From an uncultured delta proteobacterium (GTDB taxonomy: Bacteria > Myxococcota_A > Polyangia > Fen-1088): DNA of 64,000 nucleotides. The notes under the pieces are model-generated. The model worked only from the letters and a program-made list of their open reading frames with translations. It was not told where the DNA came from and searched no databases. The stretch is from assembly GCA_963737265.1 (NCBI GenBank), contig CAVTRY010000011.1:608001-672000 (forward strand), in the 5' to 3' direction. How positions within the stretch are numbered: position 1 is the first letter of the stretch; every line of letters begins with the position of its first letter. The position numbers and the translations under genes are program-made. Positions 1 to 14,204 of this stretch are shown in pieces.

Positions 1-979
<979 letters not shown>

Positions 980-1178
980 CTATTTGCGGTGCGAAGCACC
1001 TTGTGAAATGCGTGGTGGCAAAAGTCGCCGCGGAATCTAGCACACATCTTGTGCCGGTTGTCGTGCACGTTGCACGCGCTCGCGCGGGAAATTTCCCTGC
1101 GCTTTTCCGACGAATCTTCCGACGAATCTACGACGCGGTAGCCTGGACTTGGCGGCGAGCGTCCAGCGGGCCGCGGCG

Positions 1179-2033
1179 CTAGTCAGCCGCTCGATGGCGT
1201 GCGGAGTCCAGGGTGTTGGCGAGCAGCATGGTGATGGTCATGGGCCCAACGCCGCCCGGAACTGGCGTGATGGCCCCTGCCCGCTCGACCGCGGCGCCGA
1301 ACTCGACGTCGCCCACCAGCTTGCCTGTCGCCAGACGGTTGGTGCCCACATCAATGACCGTGGCACCAGGCTTAATCCAGGCACCGCGAATCATCTCGGG
1401 TCGGCCGATAGCGGCCACCAGGATGTCGGCGGTGCTAATCACGGCCGCCAAGTCCTTGGTCTTGGAATGGCAGATGGTGACCGTGGCGTCCGCGTTGGTC
1501 AGCAGCACCGCCACCGGCTTGCCCACGATGTTGGAACGGCCGGCCACCACGGCGGTGGCGCCGCGCACGGTGGTGCCGGCCTCCTCGATGAGCTTCATGA
1601 TTCCATACGGCGTGCAGGCCGTAAAACGCGGTTCGCCAATCAGCAGACGACCCAGGTTTTCAGGATGAAAACCATCCACGTCCTTGGCCGGATCGATGGC
1701 CAGCAAGACGCGCTTGCTGTCGATGGACTTGGGCAGCGGCAGTTGGACGAGAATCCCATCCACCGCGCGATCCCCGTTCAAGTCCCGGATTAGGCCTAGC
1801 AGCCGGTCTTCGCCGGCGTCGGCGGAAAGGTGGTAGTCGAAACAGGCAAATCCTGCTTCGGCGAGGGCCTTGGTCTTGTTGCGCACGTAGATCTGCGACG
1901 CGGGATCCTCGCCGACCAGAACCACGGCCAAACCCGGTCGGACGCCGTCCGCGGTAAGTTGTTTCGCTTCGTCCGCCATCGCGGCGCGAAGTCTTGCTGC
2001 CAGCGCCTTGCCATCGATGATCTTGGCTGCCAT
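1179..2033 (-). CDS. folD: Bifunctional methylenetetrahydrofolate dehydrogenase/cyclohydrolase
   Basis: KIIDGK start, [32 protein letters not shown] and [11 protein letters not shown] motifs. Confidence 0.97.
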   Translation of the reverse strand: MAAKIIDGKALAARLRAAMADEAKQLTADGVRPGLAVVLVGEDPASQIYVRNKTKALAEAGFACFDYHLSADAGEDRLLGLIRDLNGDRAVDGILVQLPLPKSIDSKRVLLAIDPAKDVDGFHPENLGRLLIGEPRFTACTPYGIMKLIEEAGTTVRGATAVVAGRSNIVGKPVAVLLTNADATVTICHSKTKDLAAVISTADILVAAIGRPEMIRGAWIKPGATVIDVGTNRLATGKLVGDVEFGAAVERAGAITPVPGGVGPMTITMLLANTLDSARHRAAD

Positions 2034-2093
2034 GCACCTGGCCCTATCACGCGAGGGCGCGAAAAGGCAACAGTCGGAGATTTTCCGCGCGAC

Positions 2094-5281
<3,188 letters not shown>

Positions 5282-5337
5282 TGAGCCTCGCACCGTACCG
5301 ACGGGCTTCCCCGCTGTCAACGCAGGCGATGGCATTC

Positions 5338-6822
5338 TTACTCGTATCGCAAGCCGTCGACTGGGCGCATGCGGGAGGCCAGCCACGCGGGATACACCGT
5401 CGCCAGAAAACACAAGCCCAAAGCGGAGGCGGCGACGATGCCAATTTCGCTCGCACGCATGACGATCGGCAACTGACTGATGTAATAGACGTCGGTCGGC
5501 AGAGGCAGGCCGTAGCGTTCGATGAGAAGGCAGCCCCCGATCCCGGTCGCCACGCCCACGAGAAGTCCGATGAGGCCGATGTACAGACCTTCGGCCACGA
5601 ACACGCGCCGAACGGCACCGTCGAGAGCTCCCATGGCCTTGAGGATGGCGACCTCGCGTGCCTTCTCGGTGGCCATCATGATGAGGGTCGAAATGATCGA
5701 AAACGACGCGACCAGGGCGATAAAGGTCAGCACCACGAACATGGCGATTTTTTCCAGACGCAGCGCCATGAACAGACCCTTGTTTAGCTCTTCCCAGGAC
5801 TGCGCCTCGTAGCCGTTCCCCAGCGCAGTTTGGATCGCCGCCGAAATTCTAGGCGCGGCGTCGGGATCTTGGGTGCGCACGTCGATGCCGGTAACTTCGC
5901 CGGGCATGCGCAGAAAGGACTGGGCCTCGTGCAGCGACACGTAGGCCAGCTTCGAGTCGAATTCGTACATGCCACTGTAGAAGTGGCCGGCGACGCGAAA
6001 ACCCTTGAGTCCCGGCATGGGACCGTTCGGCCCCATCTTGCACAGGGGACACACCACATCCACCAGGCTGCCCTGAAACACGCGCAAGGTACGCGCGTAG
6101 AGCTCCTCGCCGAGAATGATGGAGGGAGCATCTTTCGCGTTGTCCGGTCCAAGCGGATCGAGAGGCACCCGCTCGGGATGGGCCAAATCGTCGATGCTGC
6201 ATTCGCGTGCTGTGCGTTCGAGGTCGAGAACCGAGGCCGCCGACGCCGGATCGATCCCGCGCAGCACGATTCCAGCTGGCGAGGCTCCGGAGCGAACCAT
6301 CACCTCGGCCTCAAGGTAGGGCGTTGCTGCCGAAACGCCCGGCACGCGCAGGATGGTTGCGCGCACTCCCTGCCAGTCGAGGAAGGGACGATCATCCGGA
6401 ATGGTGACCACGACGTCGGCCTTGGCGCCGCAGATCTTACCCTTCAGATCGGCTTCGAAACCGGACATCACGGAAAGTGCCAGAATCGGGGCTGCGGTGC
6501 CCAGAAATACGCCAAAGATGGAAATCGCCGTGAACACCGTGAACCTGGCCAAGAGGAAACCTAGGAAGGCGATGATTCCGCCGACGATCAATCCGATGAC
6601 TCCGCCGAGTCTCATGCCCTCGAATACTGGATTGGGCCGCGCGGACATGAACCCGTTGGGATCACGCAGCGGCGTGCCGATCAACTTGAGGTAGACCAAA
6701 TCAGCGGCCGCGAGCACGATGATGGCCAGTCCGACCTTGAGCGCGATGGCACGACTAGAGCGCCGCTCGGGATCGCGCAGGTGGCGCCACGCCACGAACC
6801 ATTCGAAGCCAGGGGCCATCAT
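5338..6822 (-). CDS. lolC: Lipoprotein-releasing ABC transporter permease (LolC/E family)
   Basis: [24 protein letters not shown]-like and [11 protein letters not shown] motifs; adjacent to lolD. Confidence 0.88.
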   Translation of the reverse strand: MMAPGFEWFVAWRHLRDPERRSSRAIALKVGLAIIVLAAADLVYLKLIGTPLRDPNGFMSARPNPVFEGMRLGGVIGLIVGGIIAFLGFLLARFTVFTAISIFGVFLGTAAPILALSVMSGFEADLKGKICGAKADVVVTIPDDRPFLDWQGVRATILRVPGVSAATPYLEAEVMVRSGASPAGIVLRGIDPASAASVLDLERTARECSIDDLAHPERVPLDPLGPDNAKDAPSIILGEELYARTLRVFQGSLVDVVCPLCKMGPNGPMPGLKGFRVAGHFYSGMYEFDSKLAYVSLHEAQSFLRMPGEVTGIDVRTQDPDAAPRISAAIQTALGNGYEAQSWEELNKGLFMALRLEKIAMFVVLTFIALVASFSIISTLIMMATEKAREVAILKAMGALDGAVRRVFVAEGLYIGLIGLLVGVATGIGGCLLIERYGLPLPTDVYYISQLPIVMRASEIGIVAASALGLCFLATVYPAWLASRMRPVDGLRYE

Positions 6823-6868
6823 CGAGCGCGGCACCGGCGACGGGGACTTGGAACCAGGGGGCCGGATT

Positions 6869-8407
6869 TCATTCCGGCCTCATGAGTGGGAACAGGATGA
6901 CGTCGCGAATGGACGGCTGGTCGGTGAGCAGCATGACCAGGCGATCGACCCCGATGCCCTCGCCCGCCGTGGGCGGCAGGCCGTATTCGAGCGCACGGCA
7001 GTAGTCTTCGTCGTAGTCCATGGTTTCCTCGGCGCCCTTGGCCTTGGCCTCGACCTGGCGCTGAAAGCGCGCGCGCTGATCGGCCGGATCGTTGAGCTCG
7101 GAAAATGCGTTGGCGTGCTCGCGGCCGACGATGAACAGCTCGAATCTGTCGACCTTGCTGGGATCGGCATCGTTGCGGCGTGAAAGCGGCGAGGTCTCGG
7201 CGGGATACTCGACCACGAAGACGGGCTTTTCGGGAGGCAGCGCCAGCTCGCCGCCGTAATCGAACAGCGCGCCCACGCGGTGTCCGTGGGATTCGCACTT
7301 GCGCAACACCGCCGACAGCTCGTCTTTGCGGTCGAGCGCGCCCGAACCGGCGATCCAGCTCGCGAGCGCGGCTTCGTCGTCGAGCATCGGTCGCTCAAGT
7401 CCAGCGGGCAAGAGCCCCTTCCCCGACGCCGTGACGATCGCGTCCTTCATCGGGATGCGTTCAAACGCGCCCAAGTCCACCTTGACGCCGCCGTGGCTGA
7501 TGGTGGTTCCACCGCAGATCTCGCGCGCCAGCTCGGCGAACAGCTCTTGCGTGAGGGTCATCAAGTCTTCGTAGGTTGCGTACGCCTGATAAAACTCAAG
7601 CATGGTGAACTCGGGGTTGTGCTGGCGGGACAGCCCTTCGTTGCGAAAATTGCGGCCGATTTCGTAGACGCGCTCGAAGCCACCCACCACCAGCCGCTTG
7701 AGGTGCAGCTCCGGCGCGATTCTCATGGTGAGATCCATGTCGAGCGCGTTGTGGTGGGTGCGGAACGGCCGCGCCGCCGCGCCACCCAGGATGGTGTGCA
7801 TGGACGGCGTCTCCACCTCGACGAAGTCGCGCGCATCGAGAAAACGCCGCAGGTGTTTGATGATCGCCGTGCGCTTGAGGAAGACGTCGCGCACCGCCGG
7901 ATTGGCCACCAAATCGATGTAGCGCTGGCGATAGCGCGTCTCCATGTCCTGCAGCCCGTGCCACTTCTCGGGCAGGGGCCGCGTGGCTTTGGTCAAAACG
8001 TGCAGCTCTTCGACGAGGATGGTTCGCTCGCCGGTCTTGGTGACCACGGCTGTGCCGACGACGCCGATGAAATCGCCGCGCTCCATCGCGCGCCACAGCC
8101 CGAAGGTCCTTTCGCCGACCAGATCCTGTTTGACCCAGACTTGAATCTCGCCCGACCGATCCCGGAGTTTGGCAAACGCGGCCTTGCCGAAGCTGCGCAC
8201 GGCCACGATGCGGCCCGCCACCGAAAACCGTTCATTCGGAGGACCATCGTAATGCGCCGTGGGCTCGTTACCGGCCTCGAACCAAGCATGCACGTCACGC
8301 GCGGTGTGGCGCGGTGAAAAACCGTTCGCGTACGGGTTTTGACCCGCCTGGCGCAATTCGGCCACCTTGTTCTCGCGCTCCGCAATCAATTCACGTTCAT
8401 CGGACAT
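6869..8407 (-). CDS. lysS: Lysine--tRNA ligase, class II
   Basis: [31 protein letters not shown]...[27 protein letters not shown]. Confidence 0.98.
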   Translation of the reverse strand: MSDERELIAERENKVAELRQAGQNPYANGFSPRHTARDVHAWFEAGNEPTAHYDGPPNERFSVAGRIVAVRSFGKAAFAKLRDRSGEIQVWVKQDLVGERTFGLWRAMERGDFIGVVGTAVVTKTGERTILVEELHVLTKATRPLPEKWHGLQDMETRYRQRYIDLVANPAVRDVFLKRTAIIKHLRRFLDARDFVEVETPSMHTILGGAAARPFRTHHNALDMDLTMRIAPELHLKRLVVGGFERVYEIGRNFRNEGLSRQHNPEFTMLEFYQAYATYEDLMTLTQELFAELAREICGGTTISHGGVKVDLGAFERIPMKDAIVTASGKGLLPAGLERPMLDDEAALASWIAGSGALDRKDELSAVLRKCESHGHRVGALFDYGGELALPPEKPVFVVEYPAETSPLSRRNDADPSKVDRFELFIVGREHANAFSELNDPADQRARFQRQVEAKAKGAEETMDYDEDYCRALEYGLPPTAGEGIGVDRLVMLLTDQPSIRDVILFPLMRPE

Positions 8408-8497
8408 GGCTAGGCACTTTCTCCACGATTCATCAACAGGAGACCTGCGGACAAGTCATTGGAAACACGACGTATTATCGCTTTTCTCCACAAGGAA

Positions 8498-9653
8498 TCA
8501 CAGATCCTTATCGTCGAGTTCGTCGTCGTTCGACTGTGGGGTAGCTGACGGATCGCCTGCCAAAGTAAGCAGCATGGCCACCATGAACTGATCCAAATCG
8601 CCATCCAGGACTGAGTCTACGTTACCCACTTTCAGCCCCGTGCGATGGTCGGAGACCAATCGGTACGGTGCAAGAACGTAGGACCGAATCTGGTTGCCCC
8701 ACTCGATGGCCTTTTTCTGGGCGTGCAGACCCCCCATTTTCTCGGCCTGCTTCTTCTCTTCAACTTCGAGCAGCTTGGACCGCAGGATACGCATTGCGAC
8801 CGCGCGGTTCTTGTGCTGCGACCGCTCCTGCTGGCAGTGCACGGCGATGCCCGTCGGGATGTGCGTGATGCGCACCGCGGATTCGGTCTTGTTGACGTGC
8901 TGGCCGCCGGCGCCGCCCGAGCGCATGACGTCGATGCGCAGCTCCTTCTCGTCGATGTCGAGCTTGATGGTCTCGTCGATGTCCGGATAGATGAAGACGC
9001 TGGCGAAGGACGTGTGCCGGCGCGCCTGGGAATCGAAAGGCGAAATGCGCACCAGGCGATGCACGCCATTTTCGGCACGCAGGTAACCGTAAGCCCACTC
9101 GCCGGTGATTCCCAGCGTGACGCTCTTGATGCCGGCCTCATCCCCCGGCTGCAAGTCGAGAATTTCGCACTTGTAGCCTCGCCGCACGCACCAGCGCATG
9201 TACATCCGTTGCAGCATCTCGGCCCAATCCTGCGACTCCGTGCCGCCAGCGCCCGCATTGATGGACAGCAGCGCGCCCTGCTGGTCGTAGGGACCGGATA
9301 GCATGCGCGCGAATTCCATCTTGCTAACGGCGTCCTCGGCGGCGGACAACAGGGCCGCAGCCTCGATCGCGGTCGGCTCGTCTTTGGCTTCGTCGGCCAG
9401 ATCGATGAACACACGTGCATCGTCCAACACCTTCATCTGCGCCTCGTAGCCGTCCACGGCGACCTTGAGGCGCGCCTGTTCGCGCAGGGCGGTTTGGGCG
9501 CGTTCATTCACGAGCCAGAAGTCAGGTTGGCTGGCTTCGCCGTCGAGCTCGGCTATGCGGGATTTTTTGCCGCTGATGTCAAAGATGCCCCCGGAGAATT
9601 TCCAGGCGGCCAGCAAGCTTGACAGCGCGTTCGCGGAGAGGTCCGATTTCCAT
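8498..9653 (-). CDS. prfB: Peptide chain release factor 2 with programmed +1 frameshift, join(9582..9653, 8498..9580)
   Basis: ATG 9653 gives MEIGPLRERAVKLAGRLEILRGHL, then CTT-TGA-C; the +1 frame carries the SPF and GGQ motifs. Confidence 0.96.
9578..9593 (-). other. prfB +1 ribosomal frameshift signal
   Basis: Minus strand CGGGGG-CAT-CTT-TGA-C: internal SD-like element followed by the slippery CTT-TGA. Confidence 0.93.
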
Positions 9654-9729
9654 GGCACGCGAAGCTAGCCACGTCCCGGCCGGTCTCGCAAGAACTTCTC
9701 TAGCAGCGTGCCGATTTTGCGGGTTGGGG

Positions 9730-10518
9730 CTAAGTCGACTCGCCCAGCAGCGCGTCCAGGCGAGCACGGTCGAAGCCGAGAAGCAGCCGTCCGCGCACGT
9801 CGAGGATGGGCACGCGATCGGTGGGGATCCCCATCTTGGATGCCTTGGCCTGCAACTCGCGCGCGGCCGCGGGATCGTTCTCGATGTCCTTGTAGGCAAA
9901 CGGAACGTGCTTGGACGCAAGGTATTGCTTGGCGGCCTTGCAGGCACCGCACCAGGGCGTACCGTAAAGAATCACCACCGGCGGCCCGAGCGGACCGGCG
10001 ATCCCGCCGTCTGCTCCTGGCAAAACGTCGTCGTCCAGTGCCGGCCCATGAGGCCCGGCCATCAAGCTCGACTCGCCGGGTGGAAGCTGCGCCAAAGCAC
10101 CGGTTTCGAATGCCTCGCGTGAAAGCGCGTGCGCCTGGGCTTTGCCGGCACTCAGAAGCTCGCCGAGGTCGACGGCGAAGACCTTGGTCGCGTCCCGAGG
10201 GTTGGTTGCGGCCTTTGAGGGATCGACAACACGCACCAGGCGGCGCGCATTCTGGGGAATATCCTCGGCCTTGTCCGTCGTCGCGAAGCTGCCCTTGGGT
10301 TCGACGTAGGTGTAAAGGAGGGAGCTGTCCTTGCTCACCTCTAGCTTGGTTGGCTCGGAAGGCGTAGCTGGCGGAGGCACTGGAGGAGCGCTTTTGCGGC
10401 AGCCCGACGCCACGGCGCCCAAGGCCACTAACAACATTGCCCAATGACGGAAATGCAATTGACACATCATTCCTATCCTAATTTTCCTGCTCGATTTTAT
10501 GTCCAACTTCTTGTCCAC
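9730..10518 (-). CDS. Putative lipoprotein with C-terminal glutaredoxin-like domain
   Basis: Hydrophobic stretch ending VASGC (lipobox-like); WCGAC and VPILDV...GF glutaredoxin motifs; start uncertain. Confidence 0.8.
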   Translation of the reverse strand: MDKKLDIKSSRKIRIGMMCQLHFRHWAMLLVALGAVASGCRKSAPPVPPPATPSEPTKLEVSKDSSLLYTYVEPKGSFATTDKAEDIPQNARRLVRVVDPSKAATNPRDATKVFAVDLGELLSAGKAQAHALSREAFETGALAQLPPGESSLMAGPHGPALDDDVLPGADGGIAGPLGPPVVILYGTPWCGACKAAKQYLASKHVPFAYKDIENDPAAARELQAKASKMGIPTDRVPILDVRGRLLLGFDRARLDALLGEST

Positions 10519-10521
10519 ATC

Positions 10522-11124
10522 CTACTTCTTGCCCTTGCCCCTCTTGGCCTTCGTCGGTTTCTTATCGTCGAGCGAAGCATTGGTCACCTTGGCCACCGCC
10601 GTGCTTACCGCTTGCTTGAGCGCGCTGGCCAGCGCGGTCGTGATAAATCTCTCCTCTTCCTTGTCCTTGAGGCGCTCGGAAAACTCGCCCGTTAACGAGG
10701 CTGCGCCGTCGCCGTTGAAGAGCATCTTGTTGCCCGGAATGGTGTACCCGAAAATGCCCAGCTTCACCTCGATGAACATCTGCTGGTCCCGCCTACCCGG
10801 CGCTGGCGGCTTGATTTCCTCCTTCACGCTCGCGATGCGCAAGGACACCTGGTAGCCCTTCATCCCCTGCTTGCGGATTTCGGCGATCTGGGCGTCCTCG
10901 CTGGTGGCCGCGCCAAGGTCGGTGGTGAACTCCGGGCGACTCTCCACCTCCTTCTTCAGCAGATCTCTGGCGAGGGGAATGAGCTTGGCATCGTGGGCCT
11001 CTATGTCTGTGATCTTAAAGTAATACTTTTGATTTTCCTGGTCCGCGTGGGCGGCGCCAAGCGGTGCCAGCGCCGTCACCAGAAGCACCGTTGTCCCGAG
11101 GACGGAATATCTCGAAATACGCAT
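10522..11124 (-). CDS. Secreted hypothetical protein
   Basis: MRISRYS start with GGAG RBS, signal peptide ending AHA, Lys-rich tail; ends 3 nt before the next gene. Confidence 0.75.
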   Translation of the reverse strand: MRISRYSVLGTTVLLVTALAPLGAAHADQENQKYYFKITDIEAHDAKLIPLARDLLKKEVESRPEFTTDLGAATSEDAQIAEIRKQGMKGYQVSLRIASVKEEIKPPAPGRRDQQMFIEVKLGIFGYTIPGNKMLFNGDGAASLTGEFSERLKDKEEERFITTALASALKQAVSTAVAKVTNASLDDKKPTKAKRGKGKK

Positions 11125-11474
11125 CAAGGGCTCCTTGTCGTTGGCTTGTCTGGTCGGTCCCAATCTTCGAACCGACGCTCCCAGTATTCCACCACGGATA
11201 GCCCGCCGGGGAAAGTGAATGCCTCGCCAGGGGTGCGTTGCACAGGCCCGGGTTTTCCATCCATTCTCTCGGCGGACACACCCATGCGTGGCAGGTCTCG
11301 CGACCTGCTCTTGAGGACGCGCCCTTGGGTTTCCGGTCGCTTCACTCTAAAACCGGGTTCATGCAACGTACCCCCTCGCCAACCTTCTTGCCAATTTGGC
11401 GCCCGTGCCCGAAGATTTCGCAATTCGTCGACGAGCAAGTGGACAAGAAGGTCATTTTTGCTTAGCGTTTGCTC

Positions 11475-13436
11475 ATGGTGAACCTGACCCTGACCGAGAA
11501 AGGTGGAAGCACCAACGAGCTCAGCTTCGACAAGGACGAGGTGACCGTCGGTAGGGTTCGTGGCAATGACATCGTCTTGCCCAAAGGCAATGTCTCGAAA
11601 CACCACTGTCGACTGATCGTTCGCGGCGACGAGATCGCGGTCGAGGACCTGCGCAGCACCAACGGAACCTACGTGAACGGCCGCAAGATCGTCGAGCCCA
11701 CACCGGTGACGACAACCGACAAGCTATTCGTGGGCGACTTCATTATTCGGGTGATTTCGGCAGAACCGTCGCTCGATGGGCTGCGATCGTTACCCCTGCC
11801 GGGTCCGCCCGAGGCTGGTTCGCTCGGTTCCGCACTTCCCCGCCGGCCACCGCCGCCGCCGCCCGGCGCGCGTGGGGGTAGCGGCCTCAGCGAAGGACAT
11901 GGCTCGGCGCCCAAGGTGCCGGGTGTTCGTAGCCCGCTGCCACCGCCCCCGCCTCCGCCCTTTCCCGCCAAGCGGGAGACCAGGGTTGTCCCCGAGGTAT
12001 CCGAGCCCTTTCCCCCACCATCCGGTCCTTCGGACATCAACCTGGACGACGAGGACGACAATCTTGGCACCTCACCTCCAAGGTTCACGGTGCCGCCGCT
12101 CAAACCCGCGGTGCAGCCTCCGGGCTCCTTGACCGACACCGAAGCCCCGCGCGGCCCTTCCTTCACTCTCGAAACACCCGATCCCCTGCGCGAGCCGGCT
12201 CCTGACGCGTACGCGGGAGAGGACGCGGCGCCGCCCGAGCCACCGGCGTCGGCCGACGACGACGTGGTGGAGTCGCAGTTTGGCGCGCCTGCCGAGTCCG
12301 ACGACGACTTTCCCTCGCCCGCAGCCGAGAATGCGCGCCAGGCACCCTCGGCGCCAGAGGCGGCCAAGGCTCGCGAGCCAGCCAAAGCCAAGGCGCCCAT
12401 GCCCAAACGCGCGACGCGCGCGCTCGATCGCGACGTGCCAGAGTGGCTTGCCTACCTGCTTGACGGCGAAGGCGTGACCGCGGCTTTCATCACCGGTACG
12501 GCCCAGGTCGAAGTCCAGCGCCACGGTCGTCGCGAGTCGGCGTCCGTTCCCACGTCCGACCTAGCCGCCCTGGGCGGAGCCATCCGGAAGCTCGCAAGCA
12601 AGGGCTCGCCCAAACCAGCGGCGGAAGCGGCGGCTATCACCACCACCCTTCCCGATGGCATGCAAATCGCCGCCATTTTCCCTCCCGTGGCGGACAGGCT
12701 GTGCGTCGCTATCCGGCGACCTATCCACGTGGGCAAGACCATCGACGACCTGGTCGAGGATCAGGTGATCTCTGGGCAGATGCGGCAGGTCCTGGAGGCC
12801 TGCGTTTCGACTCGGCAGAACATCCTCGTGTCGGGCGACCACGCGGCTTGCGACAACGTCTTGCGCGCCATCCTCTGGTCCGTGGATCGGGTCGCGCGGG
12901 TCGCCCTCATTTCGGATTCCGTCACGCCTCCGGCAAGCGCCACCTCGTGGATCAAGCTGGTGCCCGAACAGCACGTGTTCGATTTGGTGGCGGCGGCGGT
13001 CGCCATGCAGCCAGAGTACTTGATCGTAGACGCCAAGCACGACGCGTTGGCCGGCGAAGTCCTCGGCGAATGCAACCTCGGTCTTCGCGGCGTCATCTTG
13101 TCGGTCGTGGCCCGTTCACCCCACGATGCCCTACGCCGCGTGCAATCGCTCAGCAGTGCGAATGGATCGCCGGACACGCTGGGAGACATGGTGACCGCCG
13201 GCATCGACGTTCTGGTGCACGCGTCGGTATTGCCGGATGGTGCGCTGAAGGTGGTGGAAATCGCCGAACCCAAGACCAGCCTGGACGGACAGGTGACGGC
13301 TCATTCGCTGCTGGCCTGGACCCCGGGAGATGGCGCGTCGGGCGCATTCACCGCCACTGGCGCACATTCCAGTCTTGCCGCGAAACTAGCGGCAGCCGGA
13401 AGCTCGATTCCGCCCGAGATACTTAACCGTCAGTAG
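11475..13436 (+). CDS. FHA domain + Pro-rich linker + degenerate CpaF/TadA-like ATPase domain
   Basis: FHA motifs GR...VSKHH...DLRSTNGTYVNG. The C-terminal region follows the CpaF layout (LPDG..IAAIFPP, IRR, NILVSG, MQPEYLIV, IDVLVH..LPDG..KVVEIAE). Confidence 0.8.
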   Translation: MVNLTLTEKGGSTNELSFDKDEVTVGRVRGNDIVLPKGNVSKHHCRLIVRGDEIAVEDLRSTNGTYVNGRKIVEPTPVTTTDKLFVGDFIIRVISAEPSLDGLRSLPLPGPPEAGSLGSALPRRPPPPPPGARGGSGLSEGHGSAPKVPGVRSPLPPPPPPPFPAKRETRVVPEVSEPFPPPSGPSDINLDDEDDNLGTSPPRFTVPPLKPAVQPPGSLTDTEAPRGPSFTLETPDPLREPAPDAYAGEDAAPPEPPASADDDVVESQFGAPAESDDDFPSPAAENARQAPSAPEAAKAREPAKAKAPMPKRATRALDRDVPEWLAYLLDGEGVTAAFITGTAQVEVQRHGRRESASVPTSDLAALGGAIRKLASKGSPKPAAEAAAITTTLPDGMQIAAIFPPVADRLCVAIRRPIHVGKTIDDLVEDQVISGQMRQVLEACVSTRQNILVSGDHAACDNVLRAILWSVDRVARVALISDSVTPPASATSWIKLVPEQHVFDLVAAAVAMQPEYLIVDAKHDALAGEVLGECNLGLRGVILSVVARSPHDALRRVQSLSSANGSPDTLGDMVTAGIDVLVHASVLPDGALKVVEIAEPKTSLDGQVTAHSLLAWTPGDGASGAFTATGAHSSLAAKLAAAGSSIPPEILNRQ

Positions 13437-13484
13437 ACGAACCCCCTGCCCGTCGCGCGCATTGAGGTGTAAAACGCACCTGTC

Positions 13485-14204
13485 ATGGCACGCATTCTCG
13501 TAGTCGAGGACGAGGAAGATATTCTGCAAATCCTGGCCTACAACCTTGGCCAGGCAGGGCATGAAGTGCTCACCGCGGACAGGGGCGCGGTCGCGCTGGA
13601 TCTGGTGCGGGACGAACATCCGGAACTGGTGCTGCTCGACCTCATGTTGCCGGATATCTCGGGCCTCGAGATCTGCCGTCACCTGAAGAGCGATCCGACT
13701 TCACGCGAAATTCCGGTCATCATGCTGACGGCGCGAAGCGAAGAAATCGACCGCGTGGTGGGGTTCGAGCTCGGCGCCGACGACTACGTGGTCAAGCCGT
13801 TTAGCGTGCGCGAGCTCGCTCTGCGCATTCAGGCCGTTCTCCGTCGCTCGCGCGGCGTGGCCGGCGCGGCCGACGCCGAGTCGGAGACCGAGTTGATTTT
13901 TGGCCGACTGCGGGTCGACCGAAGCGCGCATCGGACCTGGGTGGATGGCGAGGAAATAACCCTCACGCCGCTCGAAATGAAACTGCTGTGGACACTCTAC
14001 CGGCGCCGCGGCCGAGTCCAGACGCGTGGCACCTTGCTCGACGATGTGTGGGAAGCGAGCCCGGAGAACAACACGCGCACGGTCGATACCCACATCAAAC
14101 GGCTGCGAGAAAAGCTGGGGCTGGCCGGGGCGTACGTGGAAACCGTGCGAGGGATCGGTTACCGTTTCGCTGCCACGGCCGAGAAAGCCGAAGACATCCC
14201 ATGA
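13485..14204 (+). CDS. phoB: OmpR-family phosphate response regulator
   Basis: Receiver domain (VEDE, LLDLMLP, GADDYVVKPF) plus wHTH (RTVDTHIKRLREKL, ETVRGIGY); upstream of phoR and pst. Confidence 0.9.
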   Translation: MARILVVEDEEDILQILAYNLGQAGHEVLTADRGAVALDLVRDEHPELVLLDLMLPDISGLEICRHLKSDPTSREIPVIMLTARSEEIDRVVGFELGADDYVVKPFSVRELALRIQAVLRRSRGVAGAADAESETELIFGRLRVDRSAHRTWVDGEEITLTPLEMKLLWTLYRRRGRVQTRGTLLDDVWEASPENNTRTVDTHIKRLREKLGLAGAYVETVRGIGYRFAATAEKAEDIP

